This document shows positions 28,752 through 36,808 of a DNA stretch of 54,700 nucleotides, piece by piece. This stretch comes from Candidatus Nomurabacteria bacterium (lineage in GTDB: Bacteria > Patescibacteriota > Minisyncoccia > Phycocordibacterales > UBA9973): assembly GCA_026395895.1 (NCBI GenBank), contig JAPLXV010000021.1:1-54700 (forward strand), in the 5' to 3' direction. The position numbers were made by a program, and so were the translations under genes. A model generated the notes under the pieces. That model was given only the letters and a program-made list of their open reading frames with translations. It was not told where the DNA came from and did no database searches. Each line of letters begins with the position of its first letter. Position 1 is the first letter of the stretch.

Positions 28752-30155
28752 TCAATAATTCTTCTCAATAAACCTATATAAAAGCCTTACTGGAGAGCCT
28801 AGGGCGCCCTGAGAGAGATTTTCCCCTACTATTGATGTCATACGAGAAGCAATGTCTAAATGTACCCATTTCGGAGCTTTCTCGCCTTCGGCTTTTGCTT
28901 TTATAAATTGGTGTAAAAAGACAGCAGCAACACTTGCTCCTCCATAACTATTTCCTTTATTATTAGCATTAGCCCAATCACCAAGAGTACCTTTTATATC
29001 ATTTTCATATTCTTCCCATAAAGGTAACCTCCAAAGATATTCCCCTGTTTCTTCTCCAATTTTCTCCATCATTTTTGATAATTTATCATCCTCAGTAAAA
29101 ATTCCTGATGCTCGCTCACCTAATGCTATAAGTACTGCACCAGTGAGTGTTGCAATATCTATTACAACTTCCGGATTATACTTTTGTGAATAAGTTAAGG
29201 CATCCGCCAGAATTATTCGTCCTTCTGCGTCGGTATTTAATACTTCAATCGTTTTGCCTGACATTGAACGAATAACATCTCCGGGACGATAACTTTTCCC
29301 AGATGGCATATTTTCAATCGAAGGAATCAAACCGATGACATTCTTTTTTAATTTCATTTTAGCGACGAGAGCGAGAGTGTGAATAACAGCAGCCCCACCA
29401 GACATATCCATATTCATTCCAGCCAAACCATTTGAAGGTTTCAAATTTATTCCACCTGTATCAAATGTCACACCTTTACCAACAAGCACAATCGGTTTTT
29501 CATTTTTTTTACCACCAAAATATTCCATAATAATAAATTTAGATTCTTCATCTGAACCACGACCGACAGAAAGTATTGCCCGCATATTTTGTTTTTTCAT
29601 TTCTTTCTCGCCCAATATTGTGACTTTTACCGGCAAATTTTTTACCACTTCTTTTGCTTTTCGCGCCAAAATTTGTGGGGTCATATCTCCACCCGGAGTA
29701 TTAGCTAGCGAACGAGTTTTATTTACTTCTTCTGCAATTATTTGTCCTTTCAAAATGCCCCTTCGGCCATGCTCAGGGCAAGCAGAAATTATTACTTCTT
29801 TTACAAAATTAAAACCTTCTTCGGTTGGTGTTTTATATTCCACAAATTCATAATTTGCAAAATCAAGTTGCGAACCAATTAATTCTCCAAGTTCTTCGTC
29901 ACTTAATTTAATAGATTTGAATTTGAAATCAGAAAAATTGAAGCCCAATTTTTCTGATTTCACTCCTTTTGCCATAATTATCATTTTGCGCACAAGCAAA
30001 AAAAGCTTACGTAAATTCATTTTCTCATCGCATTTTAAATAAAGAGTTCTTACGCCATTTTCTTTTACAATTTCGTCCTTATTTTTAGGTCCGACAGACA
30101 CAAAAAGCACTTCTTTCTCCATATTTTTTAGATTATTTTTAAAACTTATTTTCAT
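28752..30155 (-). CDS. pepA: Leucyl aminopeptidase (M17)
   Basis: VGKGVTFDTGG.NLKP, DMSGGA, NTDAEGRIILAD, ATLTG. Confidence 0.93.
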   Translation of the reverse strand: MKISFKNNLKNMEKEVLFVSVGPKNKDEIVKENGVRTLYLKCDEKMNLRKLFLLVRKMIIMAKGVKSEKLGFNFSDFKFKSIKLSDEELGELIGSQLDFANYEFVEYKTPTEEGFNFVKEVIISACPEHGRRGILKGQIIAEEVNKTRSLANTPGGDMTPQILARKAKEVVKNLPVKVTILGEKEMKKQNMRAILSVGRGSDEESKFIIMEYFGGKKNEKPIVLVGKGVTFDTGGINLKPSNGLAGMNMDMSGGAAVIHTLALVAKMKLKKNVIGLIPSIENMPSGKSYRPGDVIRSMSGKTIEVLNTDAEGRIILADALTYSQKYNPEVVIDIATLTGAVLIALGERASGIFTEDDKLSKMMEKIGEETGEYLWRLPLWEEYENDIKGTLGDWANANNKGNSYGGASVAAVFLHQFIKAKAEGEKAPKWVHLDIASRMTSIVGENLSQGALGSPVRLLYRFIEKNY

Positions 30156-30206
30156 GCTTATATTATATACTTTTTTATAAAAAATACAAAAATCTAGGAT
30201 AGCACC

Positions 30207-30292
30207 TACTTTATCTAACTAAAGAAGATTAAAAGTTATCCACATCCCACCCTCTACTTTACTTGACTAAAGTACTTTACTTTGATAAAGTG
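30207..30292. promoter_or_regulatory. Three TACTTTA-N6-TAAAG boxes overlapping the yerC-like promoter
   Basis: Boxes at 30207-30226, 30255-30274 and 30273-30292; promoter TTGACT(30263)-17-TAAAGT(30286); ATG at 30299. Confidence 0.75.
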
Positions 30293-30298
30293 GCTAGT

Positions 30299-30697
30299 AT
30301 GAGCAAAGGAATGAATAAAAATACTTCAATAAAGACAGTTAGGTTAATCCAAGAAATTGGGTCAGACATAGACTGGAATGAAAAGAAAAACAAGCAATTT
30401 ATTGAAGCAATTTTGGCTTTGGAAACTGCTGACGAGACTGAACGTTTCTTGCGAGATATAATGACAGAACAAGAAATATTAGATTTTTCAAACCGCCTAG
30501 AAGCTGCTTCCCTGCTTTCGCAAGATGTTCAATATAATTTTATTACTGAAAGCACGGGCCTTTCTTCTAAAACTATCGCCAGAATAGCAAAATGGCTTAA
30601 TGGTTCACTCGGTGGATATCGCTTAATACTTAATCGTATTTCAAGTCATCATCACAACTCCCCTAAAATTGGGAAAGGGTTGTCTTTGAGCTCGTAA
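30299..30697 (+). CDS. TrpR-related YerC/YecD (HisR-type) repressor
   Basis: AIL.LET..E..RFLRD..T..E....NRL.AA.LL, TG.S..TI.R..K.L....GGYRL.L; tail SHHHNS. Confidence 0.85.
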   Translation: MSKGMNKNTSIKTVRLIQEIGSDIDWNEKKNKQFIEAILALETADETERFLRDIMTEQEILDFSNRLEAASLLSQDVQYNFITESTGLSSKTIARIAKWLNGSLGGYRLILNRISSHHHNSPKIGKGLSLSS

Positions 30698-30732
30698 TTA
30701 TTTTATTTATATTTTATAAAATTTTCGAAACC

Positions 30733-30769
30733 AACCCCTTCCTAAGTTTAGGAAGGGGTTTTGCATTTT
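30733..30769 (+). terminator. Terminator (3:4 hairpin) of a putative His attenuator
   Basis: aaccccttcctaa-gt-ttaggaaggggtt followed by ttgcatttt. Confidence 0.75.
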
Positions 30770-30807
30770 GCGAAACTTTAATGTTCTTTGAAAAAAGGAG
30801 GTAAAAA

Positions 30808-30864
30808 ATGAAAAGAAAATATTTTAATTGTTTTTCTTTAGGAGGTTGTGGCCCTCACAAATAA
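30808..30864 (+). CDS. 18-aa small peptide MKRKYFNCFSLGGCGPHK (not in ORF track)
   Basis: Strong SD AAGGAGGT 5 nt before ATG; followed by an 18-bp perfect hairpin at 30871-30908. Confidence 0.5.
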   Translation: MKRKYFNCFSLGGCGPHK

Positions 30865-30937
30865 AAATCAAAATAGAGAAACTAAAATAAATTTTAGTTT
30901 CTCTATTTCTCTTACAATCTAAAAAGGAGATAAAAGT

Positions 30938-31735
30938 ATGTTGCGACAAACTATCGAAGTAATGAAGAAACTTAGAGAATTAAATAAATTTTTAAAAAAT
31001 TCTTTAAGAATAAACGAATTCGTTGATACATATATCAATGAATGTATGTTAAATAGTGAACCAGTTGTTTTTATTACTCCTTGGTCACTATCACCACGTT
31101 TTAAAACACGATATATTGAGCAAAGAAATATTTTCATTCCAACACAAAAAGAAATTGATTTATTTAATAAAGAAATACCAAACATTGTAAATTTATTTAA
31201 AGAAAATGGATTTACGATAGAATGGTGGATAATCTTTTCTAGGGCATACTTAAATGTTAGGCTTCTTGAAAAAAATATAGAAAACCAATATGTCGATATG
31301 ATAAAAAATATCATCAAAAGATATGACTCACCGGTAGTAATAATTAATTGGGAAGATGATGTAATCAATAAACGTCATACTCCAAATGCAGATTTACTTA
31401 TAGATAAAAACTTTGATGAACTTATTGATAAAGAAAATTATTTTTATGAATTAACAAGATGGACAAATTGGGTTCAAGAAGAGAATATAAATATTACAAA
31501 AGAGGAATTAGCAACACAAACAAAATATCAAATAGCTTGTGAGGCAGAAGAAGGAAAATTTCTTATGAAAAACTTCAATAATCCTCTTTGTAAACCTGGT
31601 AATTTCTTATTTGTTCCCTTAGGAAATCCAGAACGATATATCTTTTTTTCTACCTTGGTTCCTGAATTTAAAAAACGGATATTAAATGTATTAAAACTAT
31701 ATCCGTGGAGATTAGAAAAAACCCCTGCTCTTTAG
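30938..31735 (+). CDS. Hypothetical alpha/beta protein
   Basis: 265 aa, SD AAGGAG, terminator-like hairpin at ~31718-31755; no family recognised. Confidence 0.7.
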   Translation: MLRQTIEVMKKLRELNKFLKNSLRINEFVDTYINECMLNSEPVVFITPWSLSPRFKTRYIEQRNIFIPTQKEIDLFNKEIPNIVNLFKENGFTIEWWIIFSRAYLNVRLLEKNIENQYVDMIKNIIKRYDSPVVIINWEDDVINKRHTPNADLLIDKNFDELIDKENYFYELTRWTNWVQEENINITKEELATQTKYQIACEAEEGKFLMKNFNNPLCKPGNFLFVPLGNPERYIFFSTLVPEFKKRILNVLKLYPWRLEKTPAL

Positions 31736-31804
31736 TCCAGGGGTTTTATTTTTTTACTTTACTTAACTAAAGTATCCATTAAAAAAAAATGATATAATAA
31801 TTTC

Positions 31805-33070
31805 ATGAAAATCCTAAATGGAAAAATAACTGCTAATAAAATTTTTATTGGAGTTTTGGCAGTCGTAGTAGCGGCTTTGCTTTGGAGTTTGGATGGGATT
31901 TTTTTACGCCCACAATTGTCATCCGTATCACCTACTCTAGTGGTGTTTTTAGAACATAGTTTGGGATTTATCATTCTTTTGCCGTTTTTGTTTATCTATA
32001 AATCAGAACTAAAAAAAATCACCAAAAAACAGTGGGGAACAATTTTTTGGGTAGCTCTATTCGGAGGCGCACTGGGTACTACCTTTTTTACTAAAGCATT
32101 ATTTCTAACCGGTTTTGTTGATGTTTCAGTAGTTATTCTTTTACAAAAATTTCAGCCAATTTTCGCTATTTTATTATCGGCCATTATTTTAAGAGAACGC
32201 TTTCCTGCCAAATTTTACATTTACGCTTTTTGCGCTCTGATTGGCGGATATTTTGTAACATTTAAAGATCCGAGTTCAATAAATTTTGGTAACGCTACTA
32301 CTATGATGGCTGTCTTTTCTTTATTGGCTGCTTTCTCTTGGGGCTCATCCACTACTTTCGGAAAATACTCTCTGAAAAATATAAATTACGGATTACTGGC
32401 TGCTCTGCGATTCGGCTTCACTATAATTATTATGCTCATTCCAGCTATAAAATATTTCTCCACATTATCTTCGGTTGAGCCAAACGTTTGGAGAACTTTA
32501 ACCATCATCGTTTTCACTTCCGGAGCCGTGGCGATGTATCTGTATTATTACGGCTTGAAAAAAATTCCGGCTTCTTTGGCAACCTTGTGTGAATTGGCCT
32601 GGCCTTTTTCCGCGGTTATTTTCGATTATTTCTTTAATCACAATATTTTGTCGGCAACTCAAATTATCGGCGCTATCCTCTTATTTATCGCTGTCGCTTT
32701 GGCTACTCGTTTGAACAAAACACACATTATCAGCGGAATAGTTTTAACCGGAAATAACAACGGCGAAAAAACAGGCGCCAGAACTGCAAATCTAGATATT
32801 GGTTTAGCAAAAGATTTGGCTAAAGGACTTTACTCCTGCAAAGTTGATTTAGATGGTGTATTTTATCGAGGACTTTTGTATTACGGAATTAATTCACTAA
32901 CCAACAAGGATTGTCTAGAAATTCATATTCTGGAATTCAACGGAGATCTTTACGGCAAAAAAATTACCGCCAGTACGGAGCGATATCTGCGTTTTCCAAA
33001 AAAATTCAAGAGCGTGGAAAAATTAAGCGAACAAATAAAAAGAGACTTAGCTCAATCATTTAACGAGTAA
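31805..33070 (+). CDS. EamA/DMT transporter fused to a riboflavin kinase domain
   Basis: Two EamA repeats (about 10 TM), then G...G...G.RTANL, G.Y, EIHILEFNGDLYG, LR..KKF...L..QI..D. Confidence 0.85.
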   Translation: MKILNGKITANKIFIGVLAVVVAALLWSLDGIFLRPQLSSVSPTLVVFLEHSLGFIILLPFLFIYKSELKKITKKQWGTIFWVALFGGALGTTFFTKALFLTGFVDVSVVILLQKFQPIFAILLSAIILRERFPAKFYIYAFCALIGGYFVTFKDPSSINFGNATTMMAVFSLLAAFSWGSSTTFGKYSLKNINYGLLAALRFGFTIIIMLIPAIKYFSTLSSVEPNVWRTLTIIVFTSGAVAMYLYYYGLKKIPASLATLCELAWPFSAVIFDYFFNHNILSATQIIGAILLFIAVALATRLNKTHIISGIVLTGNNNGEKTGARTANLDIGLAKDLAKGLYSCKVDLDGVFYRGLLYYGINSLTNKDCLEIHILEFNGDLYGKKITASTERYLRFPKKFKSVEKLSEQIKRDLAQSFNE

Positions 33071-33073
33071 AAA

Positions 33074-34413
33074 TTATTTGCTAAGTTTTATTCCTAATTC
33101 TTTCAACTGTTTTTCGGTAATCGAAGCAGGAGAACCCATCATTAAATCTCTACCCTCGCCGGTCTTTGGAAAAGCAATCACTTCACGAATATTTGGCTCA
33201 TTTTGTAAAATCATCACGATACGATCAATGCCAGGAGCAAAACCACCATGAGGAGGAGCACCAAAAGTAAAGGCTTCCAACATATGCCCAAATTTCTTTT
33301 GTTGTTCTTCTTCGGAAATGTTTAACAATTTGAAAACTTGTTTTTGAACTTCACTTTCATGGATACGGATAGATCCAGAAGAAAGCTCGTAACCATTCAA
33401 AACTAAATCATAAGCATTTGCTCGAATTGAGAATAAATCTTCCCCTTTCAAAAATTTTTCTTTATCTTCCTCTTTGATTGAACAGAATGGATGATGCACC
33501 GCCTGCAACTCGCCATCGTCTGTTTTTTCAAACATTGGAAAATCTAAAATCCAACAAAATGCTAATTCGTTCGGATCATCTTTATTTTTTCGTAAATCAG
33601 GTTTATCGGAACCATATTTTTTAATAGATTCGGCATAAGATATTCGTGGAAAAGGAATCTCGGTAATCTTTTTCTCTGGATAAACGTTTTTTACAAGTTC
33701 TTTAAACATGGCTTCGGTATATTCCAAAACTTCTTCTTGGGTAACAAAAGACATTTCATAGTCCAGTTGAGTAAACTCCAGTTGTCTGTCTCCTCTGGTA
33801 TCTTCGTCGCGCATACAACGAGCAATTTGAAAATATTTTTCAAAACCGGCCACCATAATAATCTAGAAGGAACAACGTATTCTCGTGAGCCTTCTGGAGT
33901 ACCTTTCATCAGTATTGGTGTTTCAATTTCGATAAAACCATTATCGTGCATATATTTGCGAAAAAAAGTAATTATCTTGTCTCGCATACGAATATTTTTT
34001 TGCATTCTTTCGGAGCGCAAATCTAAATATTTATATTTCATTCTGGTATCTTCATTCACTCCAATAGTATTTTCATTAAGTTGAAATGGCGTAGTTTCTG
34101 CTTTATTTAAAATTTCTATACCTGTCACTTCAAGTTCAACATCGCCATTTAAGACATCAACTTTTACATTTTTATCTGGACGTTTGTTTACAATACCCGT
34201 GATTTTTAAAACCCATTCTGGACGAATCTCTTTGGCCTTTTCTGTCGCTTCTGCGTGACTTGCTAAAGCAACACATTGCACCATTCCCGTCATATCGCGC
34301 ATATCAAAAAACACCATTTTGCCTTGATCTCGTCGAATATTTACCCATCCGGCGATAATAATTTCTTTACCAACATTCTCTTTTAAATCTTTAATATAGA
34401 CTCTGTTTTTCAT
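33074..34413 (-). CDS. aspS: Aspartate-tRNA ligase, frameshifted by an apparent deletion at ~33858
   Basis: OB fold GWV..RRD, TPEGSREY.VPSR, QIARC.RDED.R.DRQ.EFTQLD.E, GAPPHGGFA.G.DR; the FYALPQSPQ segment is absent. Confidence 0.9.
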
Positions 34414-34461
34414 ACTGTTATTTTAACATATATTAAAAATAAAAACAGCGGAAAAAAAGTA

Positions 34462-35667
34462 CTATATTTTTAATAACTTAGCAACATAATCTATATCTTT
34501 ATCTCCACGACCGGAAAGATTTACAATTATAATCTTATTTTTATCTAATGTGGGAGCCAATTTTATAGCTTCTGCTACAGCATGACTACTTTCAAGGGCT
34601 GGAATAATCCCTTCAACTTTTGACAATTCAAGAAAAGCCTCAATCGTTTCATCATCAGAAACTGAAGTATAATTTACTCTTCCAATATCTTTTAAATAAG
34701 CATGAATGGGTCCGACACCAGGATAATCTAGACCTGAAGCGATAGAATGTACCGGATTTGGCTGACCTTTTTCATCTTGCAAAACAATAGTTTTCATGCC
34801 GTGAATTATTCCCTCAGAACCGTAGGTAATGGTAGCAGCATGTTGACCAACAGCCGAACCTTTTCCAGCTGGTTCAACGCCAATAAGTTTTACTGGATCA
34901 TCAAGAAATTCATTAAATAATCCAATAGCATTAGAACCACCACCGACACAACCGATAATATAGTCTGGCAATCTATTTTCCATTTTTAAGATTTGTTCTT
35001 TCGCTTCTTTTCCAACAATAGATTGAAAATCTCTCACCATCATCGGATACGGATGAGGTCCAACTACTGATCCTATCGCAAAGAAAGTAGTTTGATATTC
35101 ATCCATAAATTTTGTGAAAGCACTATCAACAGCATCTTTAAGACATTTACCACCTGTATTGACCTCTACAACTTTTGCTCCAAGTAATTTCATACGAATT
35201 ACATTGGGGTGTTGTTTTACTATATCAATTGAACCCATATGAATTTCACATTTAAGACCAAGTAAGGCTGCTGCGGTAGCTAATGCTACTCCATGTTGTC
35301 CGGCACCTGTTTCTGCTAAAAGTTTGGTTTTGCCCATTCTTTTTGCAAGCAATGCCTCCCCAATACAATGATTTATTTTATGTGCGCCAGTGTGATTCAA
35401 ATCTTCACGCTTAAGATAAATTTTTGCTCCGCCGAGTTTTTTTGTTAAATTCTTTGCAAAGTACAAGGGCGAAGGACGACCAGCATAATTTGTGAGCAAA
35501 TCTAAATATTCTTTTTGGAAAGCTGGGTCTTTTTTTGCGATTAAATATTCTTTTTCTATTTCTTGTAACGGTTTTTCTAATTGAGGAGGAACAAATCGTC
35601 CTCCAAAAGAACCATAATAACCTTTTTCGTCTGGCAAATTTTTTAATGATTTTATGTTTTTTTTCAT
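34462..35667 (-). CDS. trpB: Tryptophan synthase beta chain (no adjacent trpA)
   Basis: [46 protein letters not shown]. Confidence 0.95.
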   Translation of the reverse strand: MKKNIKSLKNLPDEKGYYGSFGGRFVPPQLEKPLQEIEKEYLIAKKDPAFQKEYLDLLTNYAGRPSPLYFAKNLTKKLGGAKIYLKREDLNHTGAHKINHCIGEALLAKRMGKTKLLAETGAGQHGVALATAAALLGLKCEIHMGSIDIVKQHPNVIRMKLLGAKVVEVNTGGKCLKDAVDSAFTKFMDEYQTTFFAIGSVVGPHPYPMMVRDFQSIVGKEAKEQILKMENRLPDYIIGCVGGGSNAIGLFNEFLDDPVKLIGVEPAGKGSAVGQHAATITYGSEGIIHGMKTIVLQDEKGQPNPVHSIASGLDYPGVGPIHAYLKDIGRVNYTSVSDDETIEAFLELSKVEGIIPALESSHAVAEAIKLAPTLDKNKIIIVNLSGRGDKDIDYVAKLLKI

Positions 35668-35696
35668 ATAATTAATCCAGTTTTAAAAGTGATAAT

Positions 35697-35718
35697 AAAA
35701 AAAGCGCTTATTGCGCTT
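35697..35718 (-). terminator. Attenuator terminator upstream of trpB
   Basis: AAGCGC-AATAA-GCGCTT followed by TTTTT on the minus strand. Confidence 0.7.
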
Positions 35719-35750
35719 CTTAGTGGACTCCTTCACTTAGAAAAAAGAAA

Positions 35751-35840
35751 TCAACAAAATAGCGCAAAAACGAGAGTTCCTACGTTTCGCCAAGATTTAG
35801 TTGATTTATTAGTTTTTTGTTTTTTATTTAATACTAGCAT
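35751..35840 (-). CDS. Putative trp leader peptide MLVLNKKQKTNKSTKSWRNVGTLVFALFC
   Basis: ATG 6 nt after the -10; single Trp-Arg within alternative hairpins. Confidence 0.6.
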   Translation of the reverse strand: MLVLNKKQKTNKSTKSWRNVGTLVFALFC

Positions 35841-35875
35841 ACTAGTATGCTAGTATATACAAAAAAGAAAAGCAA
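35831..35875 (-). promoter_or_regulatory. trpB promoter with overlapping TrpR operator
   Basis: TTGCTT-17-TAGCAT; perfect 26-bp palindrome ATACTAGCATACTAGTATGCTAGTAT with CTAG at 35834, 35842 and 35850. Confidence 0.8.
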
Positions 35876-35905
35876 GAGTAAAATTTGTTTGGCTGTGGAT
35901 AACTT

Positions 35906-36190
35906 TTATTTAAGAATTTTTAAGGCTCGTCTAAATCCCCCCTCTTTTTTGCGCATCTCTCGAGACCCACGAGTAACGGTTGCTACTCCAAGATGTAAAT
36001 CTTCTGCAATAGTTTGTTGATACTCCCCTTTCGCTAGGCGCTTCACTATTTGCCATCGAACTCCAACGTTATCAAATTCTCTAGGTGTTAATATATCTTT
36101 GACAAAATCACCCAGAAGTTCTTTATCTTTGGCTATTTTATAAATTACTTCAACAACTTCTTTTTTGTATTGTCCAGAATTATTTTTCAT
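35906..36190 (-). CDS. trpR: Trp repressor
   Basis: LTPRE......RWQIV..L..G..Q..IA..L..G.ATVTRGSRE; next to trpB and its operator. Confidence 0.85.
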   Translation of the reverse strand: MKNNSGQYKKEVVEVIYKIAKDKELLGDFVKDILTPREFDNVGVRWQIVKRLAKGEYQQTIAEDLHLGVATVTRGSREMRKKEGGFRRALKILK

Positions 36191-36221
36191 AATCAATATA
36201 TTATACTATAAAACAAATAAA

Positions 36222-36252
36222 AAAAGCGAAGAAATTATATTTCTTCGCTTTT
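36222..36252 (-). terminator. Intrinsic terminator
   Basis: aaaagcgaagaaat-tat-atttcttcgctttt. Confidence 0.7.
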
Positions 36253-36286
36253 GAAAATGTTCTGTCTCTTTTGAAGACAGAAAAAC

Positions 36287-36499
36287 TTATGGCGCAAGAC
36301 GCCAGTGTCTTTTTTCTTTGTTTTTAGCTTCCTCTACTGTTGTTGGAGGATTAGAAAATGTTGTTTTTGTAGAAACTTTTTTCTTATCCTTTCCTATCTT
36401 TTTATTTTCATTTAAAGACAACAAATTTTCTCTGTCTTCGTCAGAAAAAAAAGCTGGAAAATCGTTTCCCCCAAAAGTATTACCTAAAATCTTTCCCAT
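36287..36499 (-). CDS. Hypothetical 70-aa protein
   Basis: SD AAGGAG upstream, terminator downstream. Confidence 0.55.
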   Translation of the reverse strand: MGKILGNTFGGNDFPAFFSDEDRENLLSLNENKKIGKDKKKVSTKTTFSNPPTTVEEAKNKEKRHWRLAP

Positions 36500-36607
36500 A
36501 AAAATACTCCTTATTAATTATTTAAAGAACAATCCATTCCCTAAAATATCATTTATTTATTCAAGGCTGGTGTATATGTTTCAGATTAGCAACACATACA
36601 TCAACCC

Positions 36608-36651
36608 AAAACAAAACTGGCTTCGATTTTATGCGGAGCCAGTTTTGTTTT
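36608..36651 (-). terminator. Terminator or attenuator hairpin
   Basis: aaaacaaaactggc..gccagttttgtttt. Confidence 0.7.
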
Positions 36652-36671
36652 TATATTTTAATTAAATTAAT

Positions 36672-36752
36672 TTATACAAAAACAGACGGCTCCTTCTTAA
36701 TAAAGATAATGTGGAAGAAACGATTGATTTGTATATTTTTGAAATTTTTCAT
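36672..36752 (-). CDS. Putative 26-aa leader peptide MKNFKNIQINRFFHIIFIKKEPSVFV
   Basis: Follows TGCTATAAT; its last codons are complementary to the 5' arm of the 36608-36651 terminator. Confidence 0.4.
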   Translation of the reverse strand: MKNFKNIQINRFFHIIFIKKEPSVFV

Positions 36753-36808
36753 ATTTGAACCTTAATTATAGCATATTTTAAAAATACAACAACAGACCTG
36801 TGGAAAAC

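Noticed and set aside
33691..33861. Programmed frameshift or intron explaining split aspS (also gltX and PBP2)
   Set aside because: Sequence is missing rather than inserted, and there are no slippery sites at the junctions.
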